Notes: generated from the letters alone by a model not told the origin. A stretch of 39,354 nucleotides of DNA from Pseudomonadota bacterium (GCA_003228585.1 QIEJ01000125.1:1-39354); one strand, 5' to 3'; shown: positions 1 through 9,556, counted from the stretch's first letter. Made by a program: numbers and translations.

Positions 1-1882
1 TTTCACAGGACGGTTCATATGTTTCAGGTGGATCCCATCGGGCATCGAGGACCATCTGAGGGACCCCGTCATGAAGAAACTCCATGTCCAGATAACCAAC
101 CGTCTGGTCATGGTAGAGAATGTGAAAGTAACCGGAATTGGTGAATTCCCCCAGATCCGTAGACTGCACTCCCATTTTTTCTGAAAGCTCCAGAAATCCC
201 GCCAGGTTACGTGGAGGGACCGAGAGAGTCATCCTTTCCTGGGCCTCTGAGATCAGGATCTCCCAGGGATCGAGACCGGGGTATTTGAGAGGCGCCCGAT
301 CAAGATGCAGGGTGGCCCCACCCGTATCCTCGGCCATCTCGCCAACTGAGGACGAAAGCCCTCCGGCACCGTTATCGGTAATGCTGGTGTATAGTCCCTC
401 ATCCCTTGCCATGATGAGGAAATCTGTCATTCTCTTCTGGGTAATGGGGTCACCGATCTGAACAGCGGAAACCGGCGAGCCCTCATGCAGTTCCTCCGAT
501 GAGAAGGTCGCTCCGTGAATACCGTCCTTTCCGATGCGCCCTCCTACCATGACGATACGGTCCCCCACTCTCGCACCCTTGACATGGGATGGGTGTCCCA
601 GGATCTCACGCGGCATTATCCCCCCGGTGCCGCAATAGACCAGAGGTTTACCAAGATACCTTTCATCAAAAACAACAGCGCCGTTCACGGTGGGAATTCC
701 GCTCTTGTTGCCTCCGTGCTCCACACCTTCAACTACTCCCTCGTAAATCCTTCTTGGATGAAGAATACGGGGCGGCAAAGGATCACTGTAGAAAGGTGAG
801 GCAAAACAGAAAACATCGACATTGAACAGAAGGTTGGCCCCGATTCCCGTTCCAAACGGATCCCGGTTGACACCGACTATCCCGGTGAGGGCCCCGTAAG
901 GATCGAGAGCGGACGGGGAATTGTGTGTCTCCACCTTGAAGACAAGGTTGTAGTCATCGTTGAACCGAATCACACCGGCATTGTCCTTGAACACCGAAAG
1001 ACAGATGTCCTTCTCGCCGGCTTCCTCCCTGATCCTTTCAGTGGCCCCGACGATGCAGGTCTTCATCAGCGAATCTATGATCCTGACTTCGTCTGAGCCG
1101 TCGTTGTAGTGGATCAGGGCATTGAATATCTTATGCTTGCAGTGTTCGGACCAGGTCTGGGCCAGAGCTTCTATCTCCACATCGGTACTCTTCGCACAGA
1201 TCCCGACCTCCCTTCTTCTGTCCTGGACATCCGTCCTGGAGAAATATTCCTGGATGGCTTTCATTTCCTCCAGAGACAGAGCCAGAAGCCCATCCCTGCT
1301 GATTCTCACAAGTTCTGAGTCATCCACCTCAAGATCGACCTCGGCTACATTCCCACCACCGGCAAGGCTGACCTTCGGAACATCGGGATCCAGCCCTTTG
1401 CCCGGATCAACCTGCGAAGGGAGAACAATTTTCCACCTGTGGATAAGATCGTTGGCAAGAACCTTTTTAACGATCTGCTCGGCGTCTTCCAGGGTGAGAT
1501 CGCCTTTGACAAGGTACTGGGTGGAGGTATAGACCGCTTCCTCTTCCAGCAGGGGTCTTGCCAGGATCTGGGATACCGCTTCCCCGGCCGACCTTCCTAC
1601 ATTATCGGTGACACCAGGCTTGAAGCCGACCTCGATAAGTACGTCGAATTCTTTTCGGAGAGGAGTACCGATGGCATATTCCTGGATGACCGGGTCGGTA
1701 AAGGGTCCGGCTGCGACTTCCTCCAGGAGTTCCGGGGAAAGGTCCATATCCAGTGTGTAAACGAGAACCGTCTGGACCGAACGCACGGAGACACCGATGA
1801 TCTCTCTTGCTTCCCGGGCCAACCTTTCACCCTTTGGGTCGCCGACGCCCTCCCTGAATCCGACCTCAACCCGTACAGCCAT
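1..1882 (-). CDS. purL: FGAM synthase PurL, first ~627 codons only (3' end runs off the left edge). Two PurS-like repeats precede the PurL core.
   Basis: Absent from the ORF track because no stop codon lies in the window. Manual minus-strand translation from ATG 1882-1880 stays open to position 1. It reads MAVRVEVGFREGVGDPKG... and ...VLIEVGFKPGVTDNVG... (two PurS-like units), then AQTWSEHCKHKIF, VETHNSPSALDPYGA and ITDNGAGGLSSSVGEM, which are PurL-type motifs. The start lies 1 nt after the purB stop. Confidence 0.9.
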   Translation of the reverse strand, partial: MAVRVEVGFREGVGDPKGERLAREAREIIGVSVRSVQTVLVYTLDMDLSPELLEEVAAGPFTDPVIQEYAIGTPLRKEFDVLIEVGFKPGVTDNVGRSAGEAVSQILARPLLEEEAVYTSTQYLVKGDLTLEDAEQIVKKVLANDLIHRWKIVLPSQVDPGKGLDPDVPKVSLAGGGNVAEVDLEVDDSELVRISRDGLLALSLEEMKAIQEYFSRTDVQDRRREVGICAKSTDVEIEALAQTWSEHCKHKIFNALIHYNDGSDEVRIIDSLMKTCIVGATERIREEAGEKDICLSVFKDNAGVIRFNDDYNLVFKVETHNSPSALDPYGALTGIVGVNRDPFGTGIGANLLFNVDVFCFASPFYSDPLPPRILHPRRIYEGVVEGVEHGGNKSGIPTVNGAVVFDERYLGKPLVYCGTGGIMPREILGHPSHVKGARVGDRIVMVGGRIGKDGIHGATFSSEELHEGSPVSAVQIGDPITQKRMTDFLIMARDEGLYTSITDNGAGGLSSSVGEMAEDTGGATLHLDRAPLKYPGLDPWEILISEAQERMTLSVPPRNLAGFLELSEKMGVQSTDLGEFTNSGYFHILYHDQTVGYLDMEFLHDGVPQMVLDARWDPPETYEPSCE

Positions 1883-1883
1883 C

Positions 1884-3185
1884 TCATTTCTCCCCGCCGA
1901 AAACCCGGTTAAAAACAAGGCCGGCATTTTTCAGATGGCTCTCGGGGTCAAAGACCCCGGTGATCTGATCATCGCTGAGACGGCTTTGAATTTCAGGATC
2001 CTCCCTGACCATATCTGCGAAAAGTCCTCCTGAAGAAACCGATTCCATGGCGTTCTTCTGAACGACCCGGTACGCATCCTCCCTGCTCATACCTGAATCC
2101 ACCAGGACCAGAAGGAGCCTTTGGGAAAAGGTTGTTCCTCCCGTGATCTCCATGTTCTCCCTCATCCGTTCAGGATTGACAACCAGTCCCTTTATGAGAC
2201 CAGTGAAGCGATGAAGCATGAAATCCATGAGGATGGTGGCGTCGGGGAGAATCACCCGCTCCACCGAGGAATGGCTGATGTCCCTCTCGTGCCACAGAGG
2301 TACATTCTCCATGGCGGAAAGCCCGTATCCTCTGACCAGCCTCGCAAGCCCTGAAAGGTTCTCCGAAAGGATCGGGTTCCTCTTGTGGGGCATGGCTGAG
2401 GATCCCTTCTGCCCCCTGGTGAACGGTTCCTCAGCCTCTCCAACTTCCGTTCGCTGGAGATGTCGTATCTCCACAGCGAACTTCTCAATGGATGATGCCG
2501 TCAGTGCGATAGCAAGCATGTATTCCGCATGGCGGTCCCTCTGGACAATCTGCGTGGAGACGGCAGCCGGCCTGAGGCCCAGCTTTTGACAGACATACTC
2601 CTCCACCTCGGGAGGGATGTCGGAATACGTTCCCACTGCCCCTGAAAGCTTTCCAACGGCAACAGATTCTCTGGCACGCTCTATCCGCTTAGCTGCCCTT
2701 CCGAGTTCCTCGTACCAGACTGCCATCTTCAGTCCGAATGTAATGGGTTCTGCGTGTATACCGTGAGATCGGCCCATCATCACAGTATCCCGGTGCTCAA
2801 AAGCCCTGACGCGAACGGCCTCTCGCGCCTTGTTCAGATCCTCGAGGATAAGGTCGGCCGCCTGAACCATCTGGACGGCAAGAGACGTGTCGAGCACATC
2901 CGAACTGGTCATGCCAAGGTGAATAAACCTTGATTCCGGACCCACCTTTTCTGCCACCGATGTGAGGAAGGCGATAACATCGTGTTTCACCTCCACTTCG
3001 ATCTCCTCGATACGGTCCATATCGAATCCGGCTTTGCTCCTGATCTGAGAAAGAGCTTTCTCCGGGATCCTTCCCAGGCGGGCCCACGCCTCACAGGCCG
3101 CGATTTCCACCGCAAGCCAGATTCGGTATCTGTTTTCCGGCTCCCAGATTGCTGTCATTTCGGGACGGGAGTAACGGGGTATCAT
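1884..3185 (-). CDS. purB: Adenylosuccinate lyase
   Basis: 433-aa ORF with ATG start. Carries the fumarate-lyase signature GSSAMPHKRNP and MTSSDVLDT. Length and layout are typical of PurB. Adjacent to purL. Confidence 0.95.
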   Translation of the reverse strand: MIPRYSRPEMTAIWEPENRYRIWLAVEIAACEAWARLGRIPEKALSQIRSKAGFDMDRIEEIEVEVKHDVIAFLTSVAEKVGPESRFIHLGMTSSDVLDTSLAVQMVQAADLILEDLNKAREAVRVRAFEHRDTVMMGRSHGIHAEPITFGLKMAVWYEELGRAAKRIERARESVAVGKLSGAVGTYSDIPPEVEEYVCQKLGLRPAAVSTQIVQRDRHAEYMLAIALTASSIEKFAVEIRHLQRTEVGEAEEPFTRGQKGSSAMPHKRNPILSENLSGLARLVRGYGLSAMENVPLWHERDISHSSVERVILPDATILMDFMLHRFTGLIKGLVVNPERMRENMEITGGTTFSQRLLLVLVDSGMSREDAYRVVQKNAMESVSSGGLFADMVREDPEIQSRLSDDQITGVFDPESHLKNAGLVFNRVFGGEK

Positions 3186-3480
3186 TCTTGGCTCCTTCCG
3201 TTTAAATTATGCGGCTCTCATAGCACGTCATCTTCTGCGTTATCGGCCTTCGACAATCCTCGACGTATGTCCCATATACGCCTCCGGTTACCTCAGGCCT
3301 GCTGCCTTGAATCTAACGCACTCTGAGGAGCCTTCAAACCAGCAATTCCTCCCTCGGCTTTGTTGATGTTGTGTATTACTACATCGAGGCTCTGGTCAGA
3401 ATACAATACAATGACTCTGGACCCAAGCATCATGTTATAAATGCCAGGTTTTATATACATTGCCCAGTCGTCATTTCCCC

Positions 3481-3543
3481 TTGAATCTTGAACCTTAACC
3501 TTTGAATTTCACATTTTGGATCTTGGATTTTGGATTTTGGATT
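3481..3543 (-). repeat. Heptanucleotide tandem array, 9 units (minus strand: ATCCAAA x4, ATGTGAA, ATTCAAA, GGTTAAG, GTTCAAG, ATTCAAG)
   Basis: The plus strand parses exactly as ttgaatc|ttgaacc|ttaacct|ttgaatt|tcacatt|ttggatc|ttggatt|ttggatt|ttggatt. The array begins 8 nt past the MBL hydrolase stop codon. Confidence 0.9.
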
Positions 3544-3550
3544 TAAAAAA

Positions 3551-4321
3551 TTACCGATCCAGATAAACCAGCTTCGTAGGAGCAGCTGCCGAGGCGGCCT
3601 CGAGCCCGGACCCGTACCCGGCAAGAGCCTCCCTGGCAGTTCCCAGGGCAAGGTCCGGAACATTGTTAATCTCCGACAGATGGGCAAGGATTACAAACTG
3701 AAGATCCGGGTTCGAAAACCGGGCAAGCATTTCAGCAGATGCAACATTGGACAGGTGGCCGCTTCTGCCTTTTACCCTTTGTTTGAGAAACCAGGGATAG
3801 GGTCCCTCCATGAGCATTTTCTCATCATGGTTAGATTCAAGGACCAGGGCCCCGCAATCTTTCAACCGCTCACGGACCAGAGTTGTCGCATGACCCAGAT
3901 CAGTGGCCACACCAACGCGGACAGAGCCAAGACCTGCTATGAATCCTACAGGGTCAAGGGCGTCATGCGGGATGGAAAAGGGCATGATCTCAAAACCCGC
4001 GGCAGCAAAGGGTGTACCGGCCTTAATCTCATGGATCCGCACATCCCCGGGTAGTCTTGCCGCGCTGACCGTTTCCGGGGTGCCGTAGACAGGAACCTTC
4101 AATCTCCTGGCCACCACCTTGACGCCCCTCAGGTGATCGGAATGTTCGTGGGTGACGAGAATCCCCCTCACCCTCCGGGGATCAGCGCCCACCAATTCGA
4201 TTCTTTTGACGGTTTCCCTGGCACTGAGGCCGGCATCTATAAGCAGGGCCCCATCTGGCCCCTCCAGGTAAATGGAATTACCCTTGCTGCCACTTGCGAG
4301 GACGCTTATACCTATAGACAT
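3551..4321 (-). CDS. MBL-fold metallo-hydrolase (YycJ/WalJ- or PhnP-like)
   Basis: ORF-track frame 3551..4441, trimmed to ATG 4321 (MSIGISVLASGSKGNSIYLEG...). The upstream 40 codons overlap dut and merely read through a heptad repeat. Has the HxHxDH motif VTHEHSDHLRG. Substrate unknown. Confidence 0.8.
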   Translation of the reverse strand: MSIGISVLASGSKGNSIYLEGPDGALLIDAGLSARETVKRIELVGADPRRVRGILVTHEHSDHLRGVKVVARRLKVPVYGTPETVSAARLPGDVRIHEIKAGTPFAAAGFEIMPFSIPHDALDPVGFIAGLGSVRVGVATDLGHATTLVRERLKDCGALVLESNHDEKMLMEGPYPWFLKQRVKGRSGHLSNVASAEMLARFSNPDLQFVILAHLSEINNVPDLALGTAREALAGYGSGLEAASAAAPTKLVYLDR

Positions 4322-4323
4322 AG

Positions 4324-4379
4324 TTTCAAGTTTCTGGTTTATGGTTCCTGGAATCTGGAATTTGAAATCTGGAATCTGA
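4324..4379 (-). repeat. Heptanucleotide tandem array, 8 units (minus strand: TTCAG ATTCCAG ATTTCAA ATTCCAG ATTCCAG GAACCAT AAACCAG AAACTTG)
   Basis: Plus strand: tttcaag|tttctgg|tttatgg|ttcctgg|aatctgg|aatttga|aatctgg|aatctga. It fills essentially the whole 61-nt dut-MBL spacer. Confidence 0.9.
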
Positions 4380-4382
4380 ACA

Positions 4383-4832
4383 CTAAACTCCGCTATGCCC
4401 GAAACCGCCGCTTCCCCGTCCTGTATCGGAGAGTTCATCAACCTGTAATAGCTCCACCCTGCTCACGGGTGCCAGGATCATCTGGGCGATCCTCATACCG
4501 CGAACCACCGTAAAAGGGTCCGGACCCAGGTTCATCAGAATAACCATAACTTCGCCGCGATAGTCTGGATCAATTGTTCCTGGTGTGTTGGCGACCATGA
4601 CACCGTGTTCCAGGGCAAGTCCGCTGCGCGGTCTTATCTGCGCTTCATAGCCCTGAGGTACGGCAATCTGCATACCTGTAGGCAACAGGGAACGGTTCCG
4701 GGGAAGGATAATTACATTCTCCTCTACGGCTGCACGAACATCCAATCCTACCGAAAGATCTGTCGCGTAAACCGGGGGCAGCAATCCCTCACCGTGAGGG
4801 AGCACCCTGTATTGAACCTCGAGACGCCGCAT
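4383..4832 (-). CDS. dut: dUTP diphosphatase
   Basis: 149 aa. Motifs GTIDPDYRGEV and C-terminal RGSGGFGHSG. ATG start 6 nt after the M16 peptidase stop. Confidence 0.92.
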   Translation of the reverse strand: MRRLEVQYRVLPHGEGLLPPVYATDLSVGLDVRAAVEENVIILPRNRSLLPTGMQIAVPQGYEAQIRPRSGLALEHGVMVANTPGTIDPDYRGEVMVILMNLGPDPFTVVRGMRIAQMILAPVSRVELLQVDELSDTGRGSGGFGHSGV

Positions 4833-4838
4833 GCTTGC

Positions 4839-6101
4839 TTATTTTTCTCCCAGGTCATCTTCTTGCACAGGTCCTATCACGGTCGTGGATCCGCCGTCAG
4901 GACTGAAAATTTCACCGGCAAGATCCTGGATCTGGCCTGCTGTGACCGATTCGATACCCTCCTCTATCTCATCCAGCTGGATCTGCCTTCCGAAATAGAT
5001 CTCGTTACGGGCCAACTGGTTCATCCTGTTACCGGTGCTTTCGAGGCCCAGCAGAAGGTTACCTTTAATTTGTCTTTTTGCGGTTATCAGATTCTCCGCC
5101 TGAACAGATTCCTGGACAAGCTGGTTGATCTGTTCATGGACAAGCTCGAGTGCCGTTGGGAAGCTGTCCGGTGAGGTGCCGCAGTACACTGTGAGCAGTC
5201 CGGTGTCCTGATAGGCTGAGTGATAGCTGTAAACCGAATAGGCCAGGCCCCTTTCCTCCCGGATTCTCTGGAAAAGTCTTGAGCTCATACCACCTCCGAG
5301 GATGGTGTTGAGCAGGTAAAGCTGGTATCTCCTGTCATCGTTCACAGGCATACTCTCGAACCCGACACAGAAATGAACCTGTTCCAGCGGTCGATTAAGC
5401 ACCTTAATTCCAGGCGTAGGATCCGGGACAGGTCTGACCGGAGAGAAAGTGCCTCTTCCCAGGTGACCAAAACTTTCCTTGAGCCTGGTCAGGAGTTCGT
5501 CGGGGTCCACTGCACCAGCGGCCGTGAGAACCATTGATCCGGCCTTGTACCGGTCCCGATGAAAGCGGTGAATATCATCTGTGGTCATTTCCATGACGGA
5601 ACGCTGTGTTCCAAGGATGGACCATCCGAGGCCATGACCGGACCAGAATTCACGGCTGTGCAGATCGTGAACGAGATCTTCGGGAGTATCCTCCACCATG
5701 GATATCTCCTGGATGATCACATCCCGTTCTTTCTCCAGATCGTTTTCATGAAACAGGGGATTGAGGGTAATATCCCCGAGGATGTCCATGGCATCATGAA
5801 GGGAATTCCCAAGAACCCTGGCATAGAAGGACGTGTATTCCTTGCTGGTGAAAGCGTTAAGAGACCCCCCCAGAGAGTCTATTTCCAGGGCGATCTGCCT
5901 GGCGCCCCGGGTCGGCGTCCCTTTAAAGGAAAGATGTTCAATGAGGTGGCTTATGCCAGCCTTGGCGGGTTGTTCATCCCTGGATCCGTTGAGAATCCAG
6001 ACACCTACGCTTACGGACGAGAAACCGCTCAGGGGTTCAACAAGAACCCTGAGCCCGTTGGGCAATACCTCTCTGACGATACCGGTGGATCGTGTGGGCA
6101 T
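4839..6101 (-). CDS. M16 (pitrilysin/insulinase) family zinc peptidase
   Basis: 420 aa. Inverted zincin motif HLIEHLSFKGT (HxxEH). Positioned directly after pnp. Confidence 0.88.
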   Translation of the reverse strand: MPTRSTGIVREVLPNGLRVLVEPLSGFSSVSVGVWILNGSRDEQPAKAGISHLIEHLSFKGTPTRGARQIALEIDSLGGSLNAFTSKEYTSFYARVLGNSLHDAMDILGDITLNPLFHENDLEKERDVIIQEISMVEDTPEDLVHDLHSREFWSGHGLGWSILGTQRSVMEMTTDDIHRFHRDRYKAGSMVLTAAGAVDPDELLTRLKESFGHLGRGTFSPVRPVPDPTPGIKVLNRPLEQVHFCVGFESMPVNDDRRYQLYLLNTILGGGMSSRLFQRIREERGLAYSVYSYHSAYQDTGLLTVYCGTSPDSFPTALELVHEQINQLVQESVQAENLITAKRQIKGNLLLGLESTGNRMNQLARNEIYFGRQIQLDEIEEGIESVTAGQIQDLAGEIFSPDGGSTTVIGPVQEDDLGEK

Positions 6102-6111
6102 GTAGAGGGAA

Positions 6112-8232
6112 TCAGGAACCGGGGGAATCCTTTTCCGACTTCTCCTTCAGTTCCTTCTCGGCCTCCTTAATACTTAAGCGAATTTTACCTTCTCTGTCTA
6201 TCTCGAGGATCTTGATGTTGACGATGTCACCGACTTTGACAATATCATCCACCTTGTTTACACGGTGATCGGCCAACTGGGAAATGTGAACAAGACCGTC
6301 AGTGCCCGGGGTCACCTCCACAAAAGCGCCGAAATCCATGATCTTTTTAACGGCGCCCCGGTAGATCTTGCCGATTTCAGGCTCTTCGACGATCATCTCA
6401 ATCATCTCAAGAGCCCTCCTGGCAGCTTCTTCATCTATGGAAGCTATGACAACGGTACCATCATCTGACACCTCGACTTTTGCCCCGGTCTCCTCGGTGA
6501 TGCCGCGGATGACCCTTCCACCCGGACCGATGATCTCCCTGATCTTGTCCGGTTTGATCTTGATGGTGATAAGTCTCGGTGCGTACGGTGACAGACTGCC
6601 CCGGGATTTATCCAGGGTTTTTTCCATTTCCGCAAGAATGTGCAGTCTGCCTTCCTTAGCCTGGTTAAGGGCTCTGGCCATCAGGTCACGGCTTACTCCG
6701 GAGATCTTGATATCCATCTGGAAGGCCGTGATTCCTTCACGGGTTCCGGCAACCTTGAAATCCATGTCACCGAGATGGTCCTCAGCCCCGAGAATATCCG
6801 AGAGCACAACAGCTTTTTCGGGTGTAAAGATAAGACCCATTGCAATTCCAGCTACCGCCTTGGAAATGGGAACGCCCGCATCCATAAGAGCGAGGCTGGC
6901 TCCGCAGACAGATGCCATGGAAGAAGAGCCGTTGGATTCCAGAACCTCGCTCACGACCCGTATAGTGTAGGGGAAATCATCTTTTTCAGGGATCACTCCG
7001 ACCAGGCTCCTCGCTGCAAGATTGCCATGGCCGATTTCTCTCCTGGCAGGACCTCGTAGAAAGCGGGCTTCTCCCGTACTGAATGGGGGGAAATTATAAT
7101 GAAGCATGAATTTCCTGCGGTAATCGGCCTCGAGGGCGTCGATGATCTGTTCGTCATCCTTGGTGCCAAGTGTGGTCGTCACAAGGGCCTGCGTTTCACC
7201 CCTGGTAAAGAGAGCTGAGCCGTGGACCCTCGGCAGCAGACCAACCTCGCTCGATATGGCACGTACCTTATCGGGGCTGCGTCCATCTATGCGAACCCCC
7301 TCCTCGAGAACCCTGGCACGCATCAGGTCTTTCTGCATCCCGCGAAGAAGTTCCTCTATGTCCTTGGCGAGGGACCCGCCCTGAGGCTCCACGCCGTATT
7401 CGGCGATGGCCTGGTCCCGGATCTCTTTCAAGCGTTCTTTTCGTTCCTTCTTGTCAAGAATCCTGAGGGCGGCGAACATTTCCGCCCGACAGAATTCATC
7501 AAGGGTAGCGGTCAATGACTCGTCACTCTCCGGCAGTCGGAAATCCCATTTCTCTTTACCGTCCTGATCCCGTAATTTCTCCTGAATATCGATGACTTTG
7601 GCAAGTTCCTGATGGGCAAACTCAAGGGCGCCGAGTATCTCATCCTCAGAAACCTCCTTTGCCTCACCCTCCACCATCGTAACAGCCTCACGGGTTCCAG
7701 CCACCAGAACGTCCAGACTGCTCTCTTCCAATTGGACGAAAGTGGGATTGAGAATATACTGACCATCGACCATTCCCACTCGAACTGCTCCAACCACATA
7801 AGAAAACGGGATGTCGGAAACCGCCAATGCTGCCGAGGTGGCAATAAGGGCAAGGACATCCGGGTCATTCTCCCGGTCTACGGAGAGAATGTTTATTATG
7901 ATCTGGGTTTCATGGGAAAAACCTTTCGGAAACAGAGGCCTGAGGGACCGGTCGATGAGACGGCTGGTCAGTGTATCTTTCTCGGTCGGCCTCCCCTCTC
8001 TTTTAAAAAAACCGCCGGGTATCTTACCGGCAGCATATGTTTTTTCCTGGTAGTTCACGGTTAGAGGCAGAAAATCTACTCCCTCTCTGGGTTCCGGCAT
8101 AGCCACCGCCGTTGCCAGCACCACCGTATCAGCATACCTTGCCAGGATGGCGCCATTCGCCTGACGGGCCATAGCACCGGTTTCAAGGGTGATTGTCCGA
8201 CCACCCCACTCAAGTTGAATCTCATGTTTCAT
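6112..8232 (-). CDS. pnp: Polyribonucleotide nucleotidyltransferase (PNPase)
   Basis: 706 aa. Two RNase PH-like halves, a KH region (IGPGGRVIRGI) and an S1 region (GKIYRGAVKKIMDFGAFVEV). Follows rpsO. Confidence 0.97.
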   Translation of the reverse strand: MKHEIQLEWGGRTITLETGAMARQANGAILARYADTVVLATAVAMPEPREGVDFLPLTVNYQEKTYAAGKIPGGFFKREGRPTEKDTLTSRLIDRSLRPLFPKGFSHETQIIINILSVDRENDPDVLALIATSAALAVSDIPFSYVVGAVRVGMVDGQYILNPTFVQLEESSLDVLVAGTREAVTMVEGEAKEVSEDEILGALEFAHQELAKVIDIQEKLRDQDGKEKWDFRLPESDESLTATLDEFCRAEMFAALRILDKKERKERLKEIRDQAIAEYGVEPQGGSLAKDIEELLRGMQKDLMRARVLEEGVRIDGRSPDKVRAISSEVGLLPRVHGSALFTRGETQALVTTTLGTKDDEQIIDALEADYRRKFMLHYNFPPFSTGEARFLRGPARREIGHGNLAARSLVGVIPEKDDFPYTIRVVSEVLESNGSSSMASVCGASLALMDAGVPISKAVAGIAMGLIFTPEKAVVLSDILGAEDHLGDMDFKVAGTREGITAFQMDIKISGVSRDLMARALNQAKEGRLHILAEMEKTLDKSRGSLSPYAPRLITIKIKPDKIREIIGPGGRVIRGITEETGAKVEVSDDGTVVIASIDEEAARRALEMIEMIVEEPEIGKIYRGAVKKIMDFGAFVEVTPGTDGLVHISQLADHRVNKVDDIVKVGDIVNIKILEIDREGKIRLSIKEAEKELKEKSEKDSPGS

Positions 8233-8270
8233 GGTTAAACTCCTGATGAGAATGTTCAGGGACGCTGGAA

Positions 8271-8540
8271 TTATCTGCGGAGGCCAAGCTTCTTGACGAT
8301 TTCCCGATATCTTTCCACTTCGTTTGCCTGAAGATAGTTGAGCAATCGTCTGCGCCGTCCGACCAGCTTGAGAAGACCCACACGGGAATGATGATCTTTT
8401 TTGTGGGTTTTGAAATGCTCTGTAAGCTCCTCGATCCGCCTGGTCAGAAGCGCTACCTGGACCTCTGACGAACCGGTGTCACCGTCGTGCAGCTTGTTCT
8501 CCTCGATGATTTCCCGCTTCATTTCATTGCTAAGCGGCAT
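8271..8540 (-). CDS. rpsO: 30S ribosomal protein S15
   Basis: 89 aa, including ...[47 protein letters not shown]... Confidence 0.97.
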   Translation of the reverse strand: MPLSNEMKREIIEENKLHDGDTGSSEVQVALLTRRIEELTEHFKTHKKDHHSRVGLLKLVGRRRRLLNYLQANEVERYREIVKKLGLRR

Positions 8541-8578
8541 ATTGGTGTATCCTCCTTCCTATAGGCTCGCGGATTTTA

Positions 8579-9556
8579 TCACTTATCCGCAGATATGAAA
8601 AGTTCTTTCCCCTCAGGCTCAAGAATTCTCTTCGGCACGAGGACTTTTTCACCGTTCATATCCTCGACCTCACCGATCCCGAGGAGCCTCCCGTTGAGTA
8701 CTACTGAAACCAGGCCGACAACTTTCTCGCCTCTCCAGGGGACCGTACGTCCCTGAAGGATGTATTTCAGATCATCCGGAACAGGCTCGTAACGAGGAAA
8801 GGACAGTCCATGGGCGGCCTCACTCAACTGTTCAGCCGGCGACACGTCATCCTGCAGGGCATCCAGGTCAACGGCCTCGTCAAGTGAAAATGTCCCACTC
8901 CTGATCCTGACGAGCGATTCCATACAACCCCCGACACCGAGACCTTCCCCGATATCGTGGCATAGGGTCCTCATGTAGGTACCTTTGGAGCAGGCCACTT
9001 TAAGTGAAGCCCTGGGGGGATCCCAACCGTCGATATCAATACTGTATATTGTTACCCTCCTCGGCTCCGGAGTGACCTCTATCCCTTTTCTGGCAAGCTT
9101 GTAAAGAGGCTGTCCCTTCAACTTGATCGCCGAATAGACCGGAGGCGTCTGCATAAAAGATCCTCTGTATCTATTGACTTCCTTCTCGAGATCCTTCCTG
9201 CTGATTCCGAGGGGATCACATTCAAAAACCGTCCTGCCGGTTATATCCTGGGTGTCTGTCGACTTGCCGAGCACCATGGTAAGATGGTATTCCTTGTCAT
9301 CCTCCTGCAGATATTGAGCAATCCGGGTTGCTGTCCCGACCAGGATAACCAGAACACCTGAGGCTACAGGATCCAAAGTCCCCGCATGACCAACCTGCCT
9401 TGTTTTGAACAGCCTTCTGACCTTTTGGACGACATCGTGGGAAGTGAAACCCACCTGCTTGTCCACAACCAGAACACCCTGGACATCCCTGTTGCCGGCT
9501 TTTGTTTTTCCTTTACTGGCAGCCTTCAGATCAGTCCTCCTCAACATCCAGATCAT
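8579..9556 (-). CDS. truB: tRNA pseudouridine(55) synthase
   Basis: Catalytic Asp motif GHAGTLDPVASGVLVIL and VLVVDKQVGFTSHDVV. The start is uncertain (ATG 9556 or ATG 9547); both overlap the rbfA 3' end. Confidence 0.9.
   Translation of the reverse strand: MIWMLRRTDLKAASKGKTKAGNRDVQGVLVVDKQVGFTSHDVVQKVRRLFKTRQVGHAGTLDPVASGVLVILVGTATRIAQYLQEDDKEYHLTMVLGKSTDTQDITGRTVFECDPLGISRKDLEKEVNRYRGSFMQTPPVYSAIKLKGQPLYKLARKGIEVTPEPRRVTIYSIDIDGWDPPRASLKVACSKGTYMRTLCHDIGEGLGVGGCMESLVRIRSGTFSLDEAVDLDALQDDVSPAEQLSEAAHGLSFPRYEPVPDDLKYILQGRTVPWRGEKVVGLVSVVLNGRLLGIGEVEDMNGEKVLVPKRILEPEGKELFISADK

Noticed and set aside
3293-3433. 46-codon minus-strand ORF (MMLGSRVIVLYSDQSLDVVIHNINKAEGGIAGLKAPQSALDSRQQA) in the purB upstream gap
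   Set aside because: No Shine-Dalgarno. Its AT-rich codon choice differs from all neighbouring genes, and it has no recognisable motif. It is kept only as something ribosome profiling could revisit.
3420-3447. Sigma54-like TGGCA...GCT on the minus strand upstream of purB
   Set aside because: The GG to GC spacing is about 15 nt, whereas the -24/-12 consensus requires 10 nt.
4322-4441. 40-codon N-terminal extension of the MBL hydrolase ORF (MMNSPIQDGEAAVSG...FKFQIPGT)
   Set aside because: It overlaps the dut 3' end and then simply translates the heptad array. The MBL fold begins at MSIGISVLASG (ATG 4321).
8233-8270. Small hairpin CCUGA-N9-UCAGG overlapping the pnp Shine-Dalgarno in the rpsO-pnp spacer, as a possible PNPase autoregulation or RNase III site
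   Set aside because: It has only 5 bp and a 38-nt spacer, much smaller than the E. coli regulatory hairpin. It is not distinguishable from chance by eye.
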